A model generated the notes under the pieces. That model worked only from the letters and a program-made list of their open reading frames with translations, made no database searches and was not told where the DNA came from. Position numbers and translations under genes: made by a program. Shown here one piece after another: positions 47,189-58,894 of a stretch of 64,000 nucleotides of DNA. Where the stretch lies: contig OZ242041.1 of assembly GCA_965205215.1 (NCBI GenBank), positions 224,001 to 288,000 on the forward strand. The letters run 5' to 3'. The stretch comes from Nitrosopumilus sp. GTDB taxonomy: Archaea > Thermoproteota > Nitrososphaeria > Nitrososphaerales > Nitrosopumilaceae. The number at the start of each line of letters is the position of its first letter. Position 1 is the first letter of the stretch.

Positions 47189-48604
47189 TCAGTCGGTACC
47201 CTGGTAGTACTGGTCCATGTACTTGTCCTTTACCTTCGTAAGCTCGTTTTTGGGCAGCTGCGAGACCACCTTCCACAGGATTGAGAGCGTCTCGTCCACG
47301 TTACGGTTCTCGTCTATGGACTGGGACAGGAACTCCTTCTCAAACGTGTCGCCCACGCCCATATACTTGAGGTCGATCTCGGTAAGCCCGGCCTTGCCCA
47401 CTATGCCGGCAAGCGCCCTGACCTCCTGCGCCCTAGAGTACGCGTCGTAGTTCTGGTTGGATATCTCGCCGTGGTCCTCGCGGGTGCTGCCCTCGCCGAT
47501 GCCGTCCTTCATCAGGCGGCTGAGGCTCATCAGTATGTTGACCGGCGGGTAGACGCCCTGCCTGAACAGGTCCCTGCCGAGCACTATCTGCCCCTCCGTG
47601 ATGTATCCGGTCAGGTCTGGTATCGGGTGCGTAATGTCATCAGACGGCATCGACAGGATGGGTACCTGCGTGACGCTGCCCTTTTTGCCCACCAGCTTGC
47701 CGGCCCTCTCGTATATGGTCGACAGGTCGGTATACAGGTATCCGGGATATCCCTTGCGCCCGGGAACCTCCTCCCGCGCCGCGCTGATCTCACGGAGGGC
47801 CTCCGCATAGTTCGTCATGTCGGTAAGGATAACCAAGACGTGCATCCCGAGATCGAACGCCAGATACTCCGCCACGGTGAGCGCCACGCGCGGCGTGATG
47901 ATGCGCTCTATTGCCGGATCGTCGGCGAGGTTGAGGAACAGCACGCTCCTCTTCAGCGCGCCGGACTCCTCGAGGCTGCGCTTGAAGTACTCGGCCTCGC
48001 TGTACTGGACGCCGATTGCGGCAAACACCACCGCAAACTCGTCGTCCGTGCCGATTACCGCGGCCTGCCGCGCGATCTGGGCCGCAAGCAGGTTGTGCGA
48101 CATGCCGGAGCCCGAGAATATAGGAAGCTTCTGCCCCCGCACGAGAGTGATCATGCCGTCTATGACAGAGACGCCGGTCTGTATGAAGTCCTTGGGGTAT
48201 TCGCGCTGCTCCGGATTCATCGGCTCGCCGTTGATGTCGATGAACCTGTCCGCTATCGGGTCCGGCAGGCCGTCCTTTGGGCGCCCGAGCCCGTCAAAGA
48301 CGCGGCCCAGCACCTCCCTTGAGACGGGCATCTCCATCACCTTGCCCACGAACTTTGCGTTGGTTCCAGACACGGACAGTCCCGTGGTCCCCTCAAACAC
48401 CTGCACGATGGCCTTGCCGTTGCCCACCTCGAGCACCTTGCCCAGCCGCTTCTCGCCGTCGCGGGTCTCCACCTCTACCAGTTCGTCGAACGCGGCGTTC
48501 TCCACGTCGTCTACGATGACGAGGGGCCCCTTTATCTCGGCAATCTTGCTGTACTGGACGCCGCCCTTGCTGGCTGCGGCAGCCGCCGCCTCAGAACCGC
48601 TCAA
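47189..48604 (-). CDS. atpB: A/V-type ATP synthase subunit B
   Basis: [57 protein letters not shown]. Confidence 0.98.
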   Translation of the reverse strand: MSGSEAAAAAASKGGVQYSKIAEIKGPLVIVDDVENAAFDELVEVETRDGEKRLGKVLEVGNGKAIVQVFEGTTGLSVSGTNAKFVGKVMEMPVSREVLGRVFDGLGRPKDGLPDPIADRFIDINGEPMNPEQREYPKDFIQTGVSVIDGMITLVRGQKLPIFSGSGMSHNLLAAQIARQAAVIGTDDEFAVVFAAIGVQYSEAEYFKRSLEESGALKRSVLFLNLADDPAIERIITPRVALTVAEYLAFDLGMHVLVILTDMTNYAEALREISAAREEVPGRKGYPGYLYTDLSTIYERAGKLVGKKGSVTQVPILSMPSDDITHPIPDLTGYITEGQIVLGRDLFRQGVYPPVNILMSLSRLMKDGIGEGSTREDHGEISNQNYDAYSRAQEVRALAGIVGKAGLTEIDLKYMGVGDTFEKEFLSQSIDENRNVDETLSILWKVVSQLPKNELTKVKDKYMDQYYQGTD

Positions 48605-50412
48605 CTCGGAACCTTTACCCCCGTTATTCCCTGGAACTGCTCGGCCATCTGGGCGCCGAGCTGGTCAAGCTTCTGGGTCTCCTCGTCCTTTATCTCCATC
48701 CTGGCCTTTAGCAGCGACCCTATAATCGGCATGGCCCTGATGTCGGCCAGCCCCGCGCCCTCCTTTAGCGCCGTCTGCCCCCTCTTGTAGAACTCCACCA
48801 GCATCTTCAGCAGGCGGTACTGCTTGTCGGGGCTGCAGTACGTGTCGACGTCGTCAAACGAGTTCTGCTGCAGCAGTCCGATCTTGATCATCCTGGCCAC
48901 CTCGAGGATCAGCTTCTCCTCGTCCGGGAGGGCCTCTGGGCCGAGCAGCCGGACGATCTCTTTGAGGGTGTCCTCGCGCTGCAGTATGCCGTACGCGTCG
49001 GACCTGAGGTCGAGCCAGTCCTCGCTGACGTTCTGCCCCCACCACTTCGCGATGTCGGCCAGGTACCCCGAGTAACTGTTCATCCAGTTGATGGACGGAT
49101 AGTGCCTAGAGTAGGCAAGCTTGGCGTCGAGCGCCCAGAATGTCTTTATGAACCTCATGGTGTGTGTCGTGACCGGCTCCGTAAAGTCGCCGCCGGACGG
49201 CGAGACCGCTCCCACCAGCGTGACCGAGCCGTCCCTGTCGGGGCTGCCGGCCGCCCTCACGCGCCCTGCCCTCTCGTAGAACTCCGCAAGCCGGGACGCC
49301 AGATACGACGGATAGCCCTCCTCGGCGGGCATCTCCTCAAGCCTGCCGCTCATCTCCCTGAGCGCCTCGGCCCACCTGCTTGTGGAGTCCGCGACCAGAA
49401 CGACGTCCTTGCCCATGTCCCTGTAATACTCGGCAATCGTAACCCCCGTGTAGATGCTCGCCTCCCTCGCGGCCACCGGCATGTTGCTTGTGTTTGCCAC
49501 CAAAACCGTGCGGTCCATGAGGGGCTTGCCGCTTCTGGGATCCGTCAGGTGGGGGAATTCGACTAGCACCTCTGTCATCTCGTTGCCGCGCTCGCCGCAT
49601 CCGATGTATACCACAACCTGCGAGTCGGCCCACTTTGCTATCTGGTGGAGCGTGACTGTCTTGCCCGTCCCGAATGCGCCCGGAATCGAGCCGGTGCCGC
49701 CCTTTGCGATCGGAAAGAACGTGTCTATCACGCGCTGCCCCGTCAGGAGCGGAACGGTCGGGTCGTACCTGTCCTTGTACGGCCTGGGCTTTCGCACGGG
49801 CCACCTGTGGTACATCCTGAGCGGTTCGGCCGGTGCGCTGCTGCCGTCGTCGCTGCCGCTGCCGCCGGCGGCGGACTCGACTGTGGCAAGCTCTACCTCC
49901 AGATCGTAGTCGCCCTCCGGCACCACGCTTGCAATCTTGCCGCCCGGATGATCCGGCGGCACCATTATGGAATGATCAATGAGATCGGTCTCCTGGACGG
50001 TTCCTATCACGTTGCCCGCCGCGACCTCGTCCCCGACTGACACGCTCGGGACAAAGTGGTACTTTTTGGCCATGTCTACCGGGGTGGTGGTGATGCCCCT
50101 GCCGATGAACGACCCCGATGCTTTGGAGAGCTCCCTCAGAGGCCTCTGGATTCCGTCGTACAGCTGCCCTATGATGCCGGGCCCCAGCAGGACGCTGAGC
50201 GGGTTGCCCGTCCCTACCACCGGCTCGCCCGGCTTCAATCCACTTGTCGACTCGTAAACCTGAATGAATGCAACGTCCCCGGTAAGCCTGATGACCTCGC
50301 CGACCAGCTTCGCCTCTCCTACCACCACGGTCTCGTACATCTTTGCATCCGACATGCCGTCGGCCTTTACGGCAGGGCCGCTTACCCATACAATCCTGCC
50401 CTGCGCCGCCAT
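48601..50412 (-). CDS. atpA: A/V-type ATP synthase subunit A (no intein)
   Basis: [38 protein letters not shown]. Confidence 0.98.
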   Translation of the reverse strand: MAAQGRIVWVSGPAVKADGMSDAKMYETVVVGEAKLVGEVIRLTGDVAFIQVYESTSGLKPGEPVVGTGNPLSVLLGPGIIGQLYDGIQRPLRELSKASGSFIGRGITTTPVDMAKKYHFVPSVSVGDEVAAGNVIGTVQETDLIDHSIMVPPDHPGGKIASVVPEGDYDLEVELATVESAAGGSGSDDGSSAPAEPLRMYHRWPVRKPRPYKDRYDPTVPLLTGQRVIDTFFPIAKGGTGSIPGAFGTGKTVTLHQIAKWADSQVVVYIGCGERGNEMTEVLVEFPHLTDPRSGKPLMDRTVLVANTSNMPVAAREASIYTGVTIAEYYRDMGKDVVLVADSTSRWAEALREMSGRLEEMPAEEGYPSYLASRLAEFYERAGRVRAAGSPDRDGSVTLVGAVSPSGGDFTEPVTTHTMRFIKTFWALDAKLAYSRHYPSINWMNSYSGYLADIAKWWGQNVSEDWLDLRSDAYGILQREDTLKEIVRLLGPEALPDEEKLILEVARMIKIGLLQQNSFDDVDTYCSPDKQYRLLKMLVEFYKRGQTALKEGAGLADIRAMPIIGSLLKARMEIKDEETQKLDQLGAQMAEQFQGITGVKVPS

Positions 50413-50413
50413 C

Positions 50414-51028
50414 TCAGTTGCCTGCTCCGAATTTGGATGCGATTCCCTTCCTAATTAAAGGCTTGAGGCGCTCTATCCTCGCGTCAAGCGTGTTGTCAAA
50501 CGTCATGGCCCCGTCCTTTGACTGGATCCGGACCCCTCCCATGCAGCCGAGCGGCTCTGGCGCCAGTTCGGCGCCCGCATAGTCAGAGGACAGTATGCCC
50601 TGTACCGCGTCCCGGTCCTGCGCGCTCGCATGCACTACGACGTCAGACGAGCCCAGGACCGACACGGCCTCGGCCAAGAGCGAGCGCAGGAGCGCCGCAT
50701 AGTCCGCCCCGTTGCGGTCGGCCGCGGCCACCTCCTCGAGGGCGCGCGTAAAGACGCCGTCGACCGCGTCCTCGAGCGCCAGCAGCTGCCGGTTGCGCAC
50801 CTCCAGATCGGCCGAGCCCACGATCTGGCGGCTGATCTTGTCGGCCTCCTTCCTGCCGTCGGCGATTATCTTCTCGTACTCCTGCTCCAGCGCGGGTATG
50901 GCGTCGTCAAGCGCCTGGCTCGACTGTCCCGCGGCCGACTCCATCCCGGAGAGTATCTCCTCCTCGGTCTGGCGTATGATCTTGTCAATGGTCTGTTCCA
51001 GCTGCGCCACGGGCCCTGATGTCGTCAT
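50414..51028 (-). CDS. atpE: A/V-type ATP synthase subunit E
   Basis: N-terminal coiled coil; GGV...DG...DNTL.AR C-terminal motif; operon position. Confidence 0.9.
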   Translation of the reverse strand: MTTSGPVAQLEQTIDKIIRQTEEEILSGMESAAGQSSQALDDAIPALEQEYEKIIADGRKEADKISRQIVGSADLEVRNRQLLALEDAVDGVFTRALEEVAAADRNGADYAALLRSLLAEAVSVLGSSDVVVHASAQDRDAVQGILSSDYAGAELAPEPLGCMGGVRIQSKDGAMTFDNTLDARIERLKPLIRKGIASKFGAGN

Positions 51029-51177
51029 GGCCGTCCGTCTGGAATAATGGATTTTAATGTTTTGAAGTTTTCCGGCCCCCGGCGGGCGGCGGCGCCGTTA
51101 CACAGGCAGAATTAGCCCCGCCGGGGCGTCTCCCCTTGCAAAGGTATTAAAACACAGCAGTCTACGGGCCAAGCATC

Positions 51178-53304
51178 TTGGGTCTGGCGGAGCTAAAGCT
51201 GGGGAGTGTAATCTTGCCAAGAAGCGAGTCCCCGGCCGCCATATCGAGGCTGGCGGAGTTTGAGTGGTTCCACAAGATCGACGGCGAACACGACATAGTC
51301 ACGCCGGAGATAGACGACCTGCTGCTGGAGGCCCAAAAGACCTACCAGTCGGTGGACGACGTGGTAAAGGGGCTCGGGATACCGCCCACAGTCGGCATGC
51401 TGGAGATACTGTTCAAGGGCACCATGATCAAGAAAAAGGACTACGAGCTTGACGAGGTAGCCGAGATGGTGGGCCACCTCGCCAAGGAGGCGCCCGGCGC
51501 GATATCCGACGCGGCGCGGCTGTTGGAGGAGCGCGCGGACACAAAGCGCGCGCTAGACGAGTACACCTCGCTGAGGGACACCATAGGGATCGCAAAGAGA
51601 CTTGAGATCGACCTGTCCGGATTCGGACTCATGCGGTACTTTTACGCAAACCTGTTCGTGATTGACGCGGCGGACTATGACGAGATTGCAAGGTCGCTTG
51701 AGGGCGCGGCGCCGTCTGTTACGTCGTACAGGTATGACCTGTCATCGTCAAAAAAGAAGGGCGGAAGGTCCGCCGTGCTGGTAATAGGGGGGGCGGCCGA
51801 CTCTGAGAAGATACTAAAGATATTCAGGAGCTTTAATGCAAACCCGTTTGCCATCCCGGAGGGGATGCCGCAGGTGCCCTCAAAGGCCCACGCCCTGGCA
51901 GAGTCAAAGATCAAGGAGCTGGCCGCCAAGCAAAAGACAAACGCAAAGGAGGTCGCGCAGATGGCAAAGAGGACGAGGCGCGACATGCTTGCCCTGCACG
52001 AGGAGGCGAGGGTGGCAAAGGAGATGCTGGAGACGCTCAGAAAGCCGTCCGGCACAAAGCACTTTGCGCTGATCCAGGGGTACATACCCGCAAAGATGGA
52101 GGCCAAGTTCCAAAAGATAGCGGGCAGGTGGACTGCCATAGTAGAGGAGCTCACCGATCCCAAGCTGATAGAGCAGGCCCCCACCCTGTACGACAACAAG
52201 CGGTTCATACGGACGTTTGAGACCATAACCAACAGCCAGGGGATTCCAAAGAAGGGCGAGGCGGATCCCACGCCTATGATTGCGCTGATGTGGCCCATCT
52301 TCTATGGCATAATGTTCGCCGACCTGGGGCACGGGCTGCTCCTCATGGGGATGGGGCTGCTCTTCAAGGCAAAGGGCCAGGGCAACCTCTCAAGGTGGGG
52401 CATGCTGCTTGCAATATCCGGGGCCGCGTCGGCGATCGCCGGCGTGGGCACGGGGGAGGTGTTCGGGCACCACATAGCCGCCATGGGCCCGTTTACAGGA
52501 CTGCTGGCCGAGGGCGGCGCCCTGTACCCGATCAGCTGGATCGTGGGAGTGATATCGGTCGCGGAGCTGACGTTTGAGCAGGTGATCGACATACTAAAGG
52601 TGTCACTGTTCATAGGGATAGTGCACCTGCTGTGGGCGATGATCCTGCGCATAAAGCGCCTGGCCAGGGAGGGCAAGAAGATCGCCCTGTACATGGAGGC
52701 GCTCCCGAACATCACGCTGTACGGCGGGATCGTCGTGATAATGATGTGCGCGATAGGCTCCCAGTACGACGTGATGAACATGTACTCCAGGACGCACACG
52801 GAGACGGTCCCGTGGGTTACCGTGTTCCTGGGCGAGTGGGCGCAGGTCTGGATAGTGACGAGGATCGCCGTGGTAACGGTAATTGCGTCGATGGCCATGA
52901 TGATGATAGGCGGGCTGATGCACGCAAAGAGGCACCCGGAGGAGGGCGGCTCGGCGGCCAACGTGATAATGGAGGTATTCCTGGGCAAGACAATAGAGAG
53001 TCTGGCGCACACCATCAGCTACGCCCGGATAGGGATCATGCTGCTGGTGCATGCGGCCCTGCTGCTTACGGTCAACAACTCGTTCTACTCGCTTGGCGGC
53101 CCCGACGCGATAGGCGCGTGGGTCATGATAATAGGCGGCAACATCGGGATCATGATGATCGAGGGGCTCATCGTCTACATACAGTCCCTGAGGCTGCACC
53201 TGTACGAGTTCTTTACAAAGTGGTACGACGGCGGCGGGCACGAGTTCAGGCAGCTGAGGCCGGAGATGATCTACAACCAGTTTGTCTGGAAAAAGTCAAA
53301 CTGA
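51178..53304 (+). CDS. atpI: A/V-type ATP synthase subunit I (a)
   Basis: DPTP...FYGIMFADLGHG, HTISYARI, IQSLRLHLYEFF.KWY. Confidence 0.96.
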   Translation: MGLAELKLGSVILPRSESPAAISRLAEFEWFHKIDGEHDIVTPEIDDLLLEAQKTYQSVDDVVKGLGIPPTVGMLEILFKGTMIKKKDYELDEVAEMVGHLAKEAPGAISDAARLLEERADTKRALDEYTSLRDTIGIAKRLEIDLSGFGLMRYFYANLFVIDAADYDEIARSLEGAAPSVTSYRYDLSSSKKKGGRSAVLVIGGAADSEKILKIFRSFNANPFAIPEGMPQVPSKAHALAESKIKELAAKQKTNAKEVAQMAKRTRRDMLALHEEARVAKEMLETLRKPSGTKHFALIQGYIPAKMEAKFQKIAGRWTAIVEELTDPKLIEQAPTLYDNKRFIRTFETITNSQGIPKKGEADPTPMIALMWPIFYGIMFADLGHGLLLMGMGLLFKAKGQGNLSRWGMLLAISGAASAIAGVGTGEVFGHHIAAMGPFTGLLAEGGALYPISWIVGVISVAELTFEQVIDILKVSLFIGIVHLLWAMILRIKRLAREGKKIALYMEALPNITLYGGIVVIMMCAIGSQYDVMNMYSRTHTETVPWVTVFLGEWAQVWIVTRIAVVTVIASMAMMMIGGLMHAKRHPEEGGSAANVIMEVFLGKTIESLAHTISYARIGIMLLVHAALLLTVNNSFYSLGGPDAIGAWVMIIGGNIGIMMIEGLIVYIQSLRLHLYEFFTKWYDGGGHEFRQLRPEMIYNQFVWKKSN

Positions 53305-53429
53305 TTCCAGAGCCAAGAAAGCAGCCAAGCACAGGCGCGAGTGCGCAGTCACGTATGCACAACATGACACTTCGCGACGGCTTGCAGGTTTACGGGCAAC
53401 GGCGGCGTCGGATAGAGGCGGCAAATTCA

Positions 53430-54215
53430 CTATGCCGCAGAGGGCAGGCCAGGTACGTTGCCCCACTCGCCCCACGAACCTAGGTAGACTCTGACGTTCT
53501 CAAATCCCGCCGTCTTGAGCGCGACAAACGAGTTTGCAGCGCGGTAGGCGCCCTGGCAGTACGTCACAACCTCAGAGTCGCGCGGAATGCCCCCGTACAT
53601 CTCTGCCAGCCGTCTCTTGTCCTTGAGCCGCCCGTCGCCGGCCAGGTTCCTGCTCCAGTTAATGTTTGTCGCGCCCGGTATGTGCCCCGCCCTCGCCGCT
53701 CTGGATACGGTCCCGTCATACTCCTCCGGGGAGCGGGCATCCACCAAGACGAGCCGGTCCAGATTACTTGCAACGTACTCGTATCCGGCCAGTACGGAGG
53801 GATCTGGCCGCGGCTCGAACACCGCAGGCCTCGGTGCGTTGGTTCCCGTCTCGACGGGCCTCGATTCGCCCCGCCACGCGGCGAACCCCCCGTCAAGCAT
53901 GTACGAGTCGCCGTGCGACATGTACCGGAGCATCCAGACGCCGCGCGCGGCGAGCATGCCGGACTGCCCGTCATACACGACGGCGGTTCTGTCCCGTGTC
54001 ACGCCCGCAAACCCGAGCAGCCTGGCAGTCTGCCTGTCGAACTCGGCTATGCCGCGCGCGGAGGTGTCGTTCCAGTGGAAGGCAAACAGATCAAGGTTTA
54101 CCGCCCCGGGTATGTGCCCCTTGGCGTACTCCGAGAAGGGGCGCACATCTATCACGACCAAGTCATCGTTTGAGCCTGCAAGAAGATCACCCAGGCGGCC
54201 GGTGGTAATCAGCAT
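53430..54215 (-). CDS. Two-domain rhodanese/sulfurtransferase
   Basis: IDVR...Y.KGHIPGA, LDGG..AW, DARS.EEY.G, YCQGAYRA, Y.GSWGEW. Confidence 0.93.
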   Translation of the reverse strand: MLITTGRLGDLLAGSNDDLVVIDVRPFSEYAKGHIPGAVNLDLFAFHWNDTSARGIAEFDRQTARLLGFAGVTRDRTAVVYDGQSGMLAARGVWMLRYMSHGDSYMLDGGFAAWRGESRPVETGTNAPRPAVFEPRPDPSVLAGYEYVASNLDRLVLVDARSPEEYDGTVSRAARAGHIPGATNINWSRNLAGDGRLKDKRRLAEMYGGIPRDSEVVTYCQGAYRAANSFVALKTAGFENVRVYLGSWGEWGNVPGLPSAA

Positions 54216-54537
54216 GCCGATTCCATCACCACCACTAGCACCACACACATGCTACCACTGCCGCAGCGTATTAATTGATTTTGCGGCGGTCCTGAGAATT
54301 CCCAACTAGCCAACACCGCGTACTGTTCACCGCTGCATCTTTCACGGGACTCACTCCAACCACGGCACGCCCGGACACTTGACGTGGGGAGGGATCGGCC
54401 GCCATCATATTCAGAGCCGCGCGCGGCGCACAAAGGCCAACTGCTGCAACGCGCTTGGCACGCGACGAGCAATCGCGAGGTGCCCGTGCGCACCCATCAG
54501 GCCAAAAAAGGAATAATAAAAAGAGGAGAGAGGAATT

Positions 54538-56112
54538 CTACTCGCTTGTGTATGCTCTTTCACCGTGCTGCGCAAGATCAAGGCCGATCTCCTCCTCTTT
54601 CGGAGTGACCCTGATTCCACCTGGCCAGACAGCATCCATGATCTTCAGGATGACTATCGTCACGCCAAACGCATACGCGATGGACATTGCAGCGGCGATG
54701 ATGCTGATTCCCTGCTGCTCCATGCCCTCGGCCGTGCCGGTCCATGCTCCGATACCGTCGCCGGTATCCCACACGTGCGGACTTGCCAGTGTTCCGGTCA
54801 AGATGGCGCCCGTAAGACCGCCCATCCCGTGTACTCCCCATACATCGAGTGCGTCGTCCCACTTGCGCGCGTTCTTGAACGCTATGCTTGCGTAGCATAT
54901 GGTGCCTGCAGCAATGCCGATGATGATCGCGGCCATTGGACCTACCCAACCAGAGGCTGGCGTGATAGCTACCAGTCCCGCCACAACGCCGGTTGCCCCG
55001 CCGATGACACTTGGCTTTCCTGTATGCGCCCATGACATGAGCATCCAAGTGACGGCGGCCATGCCTGTTGCGGTATTGGTTACCGTCCATGCGCTGACCG
55101 TAATGCCGTCTACCATCACTTCGCTTCCTGCGTTAAAGCCGAACCAACCGAACCACAGAATTCCGGCGCCCAATACTATGAGCGGGATGTTGTGTGGCTC
55201 CATCGGAACCTTGCCATATCCGAGGCGTCTGCCAAGGACGATGGCTCCTGCCAATGCAGCGAATCCTGAAGAGATGTGCACTACTGTACCGCCGGCAAAG
55301 TCTAGAGCGTACGATGGAGACAGGTCCGGATCGAGGTCTAGCGAGCCTCCGCCGATGTATCCTCCGCCCCAGACCCAATGTGCGATCGGGTCGTATACGA
55401 AGGTACCCCAGAGAAGCACGAATATGACCAGCGCGCTGAACTTGATTCTGTCAATCAGACCACCGATAATCAGAACCGGGGTGATGACTGCAAAGGTCGC
55501 CTGGAACATTGCAAAGAGCTGGTGTGGCACTGTGCCAGGCCAACTCAGGCTGCAATACTCGCCTTCCTTGAACTCGTTCATCTGGTAGGCAGCCGACCAT
55601 GTATCATGGCAGGGCCCAAGCTCGCCTAACGGCGCCCAGGCCGAGACCATGTTGAATCCTGCATAGTCGAGGTTGCCCATGAACAGGTTTGCGTCCGAAT
55701 CAATTCCGCCGAATGCCAGCGAGTATCCCCAGAGGACCCACTGTACGGACATCAGACCCATAACCATGAGGGTCATGCCCAGTACGTTGACGATGTTCTT
55801 TGATCTGGCGAGACCGCCATAAAAGAACGCTACGCCGGGGGACATGAAGAGTACCATCGAGGTTGCAGTCAGCATCCATGCCATGTCACCTGTGTCTACC
55901 ATGCATGGCAGCATGCCTCCTTCGCCGTCGTCGTACCAACATTCGTTAGGGTTTCCAGTATAGATGCCACTGGTTCCCATCACGTATCCGTCCATACCAT
56001 CGTTGACACTCTGCGCATATGCTTGTGACATTGCGCCTGTTGCCGTAATGGCTACTGCGGCCACAAGTAATAGAGCATACTTGTGGTTCTTAGAATTCAT
56101 TAAATCTGCCAC
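54538..56112 (-). CDS. amt: Ammonium transporter (Amt) with N-terminal signal and extracellular Cys-containing segments
   Basis: DTGD.AW, FYGGL, DFAGGTVVHISSG, WFGWFGFNAGS, DDALDVWGVHG, GLD..QHGE. Confidence 0.97.
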   Translation of the reverse strand: MADLMNSKNHKYALLLVAAVAITATGAMSQAYAQSVNDGMDGYVMGTSGIYTGNPNECWYDDGEGGMLPCMVDTGDMAWMLTATSMVLFMSPGVAFFYGGLARSKNIVNVLGMTLMVMGLMSVQWVLWGYSLAFGGIDSDANLFMGNLDYAGFNMVSAWAPLGELGPCHDTWSAAYQMNEFKEGEYCSLSWPGTVPHQLFAMFQATFAVITPVLIIGGLIDRIKFSALVIFVLLWGTFVYDPIAHWVWGGGYIGGGSLDLDPDLSPSYALDFAGGTVVHISSGFAALAGAIVLGRRLGYGKVPMEPHNIPLIVLGAGILWFGWFGFNAGSEVMVDGITVSAWTVTNTATGMAAVTWMLMSWAHTGKPSVIGGATGVVAGLVAITPASGWVGPMAAIIIGIAAGTICYASIAFKNARKWDDALDVWGVHGMGGLTGAILTGTLASPHVWDTGDGIGAWTGTAEGMEQQGISIIAAAMSIAYAFGVTIVILKIMDAVWPGGIRVTPKEEEIGLDLAQHGERAYTSE

Positions 56113-56226
56113 AGATTGAAATTATTTAAGAGTTGAATATTATAATATCACCCAGAAAGTAAGTTATTATATCCGAGTATAACAAGATAGTATCATAACA
56201 ATGAAAAAACGTGTCAAGGTGGTGCA

Positions 56227-57003
56227 ATGAAGGACGCCAGGCTGTCCATATTCAGCAGGTTCAAGACAGGCAACAGGCGCCTGACGGGGGAGGCAAGGAG
56301 GCAGAGGGCCATCATAGCAATACTGGCGGTGCAGACCAACCCCACGGGCCGCACGAGGACGGGCATAGCGCGGCAGGTGGCAGAGGTGGAGAACAGCGTG
56401 TGGAAGAACGTCTACTCGGGAATATTCCGGGATCTGGACGAGGTGCTCCTGCCCATGCATGTGGTGGAGGAGGAGGGCAGGATGCCGCTCAAGCGGGGGC
56501 CAAAGGCGCTCCAAGAGATGGGGGTGCCGTACTACAGGCTGACCAGGGAGGGCGTACTGGTCGCCGCGTCGCTGGTACGCGACGCGGAGCAGAAGAGGAG
56601 GATGCTAAAGACGTTCTTTGCAACCGGTCCCGACGAGGACGGGAACACAACAATGCTAAAGAGGCTCTCGGAGGCAAGTCCGCTGTTTGCGTCATATGTG
56701 GTGCGGCTGTACGTTGGCGCGTTCTGCGAAAAGAGGATAGACAGCCTGCTGCCGTTTGAGCTATCCAAGCTGCGGCGCATAGAAGACGACTCGCTGGCAA
56801 TGCACAGGGAGCTCCTGACGGCCTTTGCGAGATTCTCAAAGGGCGACCGCGACGGTACAATAGGACTGCTTGATGAGATGATGGGGGCAGGGACAGGCGC
56901 AGGCGCAGGCGCTGCATCCGACGGGACGGGCGGCGACGCGGCACCACGCGCGAAGAAGGACGGCGCGGAACGCGCAGGCGGGACGGGCGTCGATGACCGG
57001 TGA
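56227..57003 (+). CDS. Hypothetical protein, probable winged-helix DNA-binding fold
   Basis: TRT.IA..V...YSGIFRDL..VL.P..VVEE.G....RGP...PYY.LT.EG. Confidence 0.75.
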   Translation: MKDARLSIFSRFKTGNRRLTGEARRQRAIIAILAVQTNPTGRTRTGIARQVAEVENSVWKNVYSGIFRDLDEVLLPMHVVEEEGRMPLKRGPKALQEMGVPYYRLTREGVLVAASLVRDAEQKRRMLKTFFATGPDEDGNTTMLKRLSEASPLFASYVVRLYVGAFCEKRIDSLLPFELSKLRRIEDDSLAMHRELLTAFARFSKGDRDGTIGLLDEMMGAGTGAGAGAASDGTGGDAAPRAKKDGAERAGGTGVDDR

Positions 57004-57071
57004 AAAAGACGGCCCGCGAAAGGCAACCGCTTACAAACATTAAAATCCATTGCAGAGTCGCCGCACGCTAA

Positions 57072-58109
57072 ATGGGCAAGAGCGTATACGCGTCGGTAAA
57101 GGCGTACAGCAAAAAGGGAAAGCTCTTGGCGCGTTCTGATTTTCAGACGCTGGCAGAGTCAAGGGACCTGGACGAGCTGATGACCAGGATAAAGAACACC
57201 ACGTACGCGGACGCCGTATCAGAGGTGCAGAAGCCGTACACCTCGCAGGGGATCGAGTCGGCCCTGAGGGGCCACCTGGCCGAGGTGCACCACTCCATCG
57301 CGCGGACGGCAGGGGGAAACTCGCGCCTGCTTGACGCATACTATATGAAGTTCATCATAACCAACCTGAAGATCATACTAAAGGGCAAGGTGCTCGGAAA
57401 GAGCCAGGAGGAGCTGGAGAGGCACCTCAACCTGCGCGCGGAGGAGCTGATAAAGCAGCGCGACGTGGTGGTAAAGGCGCTCGTTGCAAAGGACCTGGAG
57501 GAGGCAGTCGCGAGCCTCGGGTCGGCGCAGTTCGGCGAGGACATAGCAAAGGCGGCGGCCGCGTACAACGACAAGAAGAACATCCAGATGTTTGACACGT
57601 ACTTTGACAAGATTCTGTACAGGCAGCTGGGCAGCGCCATTCAGGGCACCAGGGAGCTTGACGCGACCAGGCTCATCGGGATGGACGTGGACTTTTACAA
57701 CCTGCTCAGCGTGGCAAGGGGCAAGCTCTGGGGGCTTGACGACGCGCAGATAGAGGATCTGATAGTGTCAAGCACGCCGCTGATCTCAAGGGAGCTGCTG
57801 GGCAGGATGATCTCGGCCGGGACCGTATCCGACGCGTTTGCGGAGCTGTCCGCGACGAGATACAAGGTGCTGGTGCCCGACTCGGACAACGACCTTGACG
57901 CGGTGGCCCAGTTCGAGAGGGCCTTTGAGATGGCCATATACGCCGCGTCCGCAAGGGCGTTCACCAGGATGTTCAGCTTTGCAACCGTAATAGGGATAAC
58001 AAAGCTCATGTCCTACGAGGTGCGCAACATGGCGGCAATCGCGTACGCGGTGGAGCAGGGAATACCGGCAGAAACCACAATGTCAAAGCTCATCCTGCAC
58101 GGGGAGTGA
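57072..58109 (+). CDS. atpC: A/V-type ATP synthase subunit C
   Basis: KGKLL...F..LAE, NLKIILKGK, D.YNL....RGK, EVRN...I. Confidence 0.9.
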   Translation: MGKSVYASVKAYSKKGKLLARSDFQTLAESRDLDELMTRIKNTTYADAVSEVQKPYTSQGIESALRGHLAEVHHSIARTAGGNSRLLDAYYMKFIITNLKIILKGKVLGKSQEELERHLNLRAEELIKQRDVVVKALVAKDLEEAVASLGSAQFGEDIAKAAAAYNDKKNIQMFDTYFDKILYRQLGSAIQGTRELDATRLIGMDVDFYNLLSVARGKLWGLDDAQIEDLIVSSTPLISRELLGRMISAGTVSDAFAELSATRYKVLVPDSDNDLDAVAQFERAFEMAIYAASARAFTRMFSFATVIGITKLMSYEVRNMAAIAYAVEQGIPAETTMSKLILHGE

Positions 58110-58213
58110 GCTGCGGACGGAGGGGGGAGCCGCGCGGACCGCGGCGCGGCGATGGTTCTAGGAGTTTGCACTAGCCTAGAATATTTATTAAAAGATGCGG
58201 ATACATCTGTCCC

Positions 58214-58708
58214 ATGCAGGACGGGGACAACGGGAACGGCAAGGAGGAGCGCCTCTTCGTGGGGACGGCCGAGGCCGAGCACGTCGAGATGTACCTCAAG
58301 GCGATCTGGCACATAAAGGAGCGCGGCGGGGAGGTGAAGATCACGTCAATTGCAGACATGCTGCACGTAAAGCAGCCCAGCGTGGTGCAGATGCTCAAAA
58401 AGCTCAACGCCAAAAAGCTGGTGAACTACAACAAGGCCGGGGTGAGGCTGACAGACGAGGGCGAGAGGATAGGGGCGAGCATGATGAGAAACAGCAGGCT
58501 GCTCGAGGTCCTGATGCAGAACGCCCTCAAGGTCGAGATAAACGAGGAGATGGTGTGCGGGATAGAGCACCACATGAACAAGCAGTTTACCGACGCGCTG
58601 TGCACCATGCTAAACCACCCCAGGCTGTGCCCTCACGACTACGTCATACCGCCGGGCGAGTGCTGCCTGTCCAAGAATGAGGACGAAGGGGACGGAAAGG
58701 CCGACTGA
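58214..58708 (+). CDS. DtxR/MntR family metal-dependent regulator
   Basis: EMYLKAI, IA..L.VK.PSV.QML.KL, LT.EG, CGIEH, P..CPH...IP. Confidence 0.93.
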   Translation: MQDGDNGNGKEERLFVGTAEAEHVEMYLKAIWHIKERGGEVKITSIADMLHVKQPSVVQMLKKLNAKKLVNYNKAGVRLTDEGERIGASMMRNSRLLEVLMQNALKVEINEEMVCGIEHHMNKQFTDALCTMLNHPRLCPHDYVIPPGECCLSKNEDEGDGKAD

Positions 58709-58894
58709 CGCCTGGCCGGCTGCCGTGCCGCAGCCGCGCTGCGGCCTGCAAGAGCATGCATGCTTCTCATTGGGGGAGGGGGCGCAGATCCCAGAGCCGC
58801 GGCGTTTGCAGGTTGCGCCACCGCCACCGTCGTTGCCGCCGCCACCGCCACACCATAAAACAAGAGATATAACGATACAGAGGGGCGCCCGTTT

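Noticed and set aside
4255-50412. Inteins in nrdJ or atpA
   Set aside because: Lengths and motif spacing are normal; only short low-complexity inserts are present
54380-54420. CTGA-AT-ATGATGG on the minus strand as another C/D sRNA
   Set aside because: No flanking C or D box at guide distance
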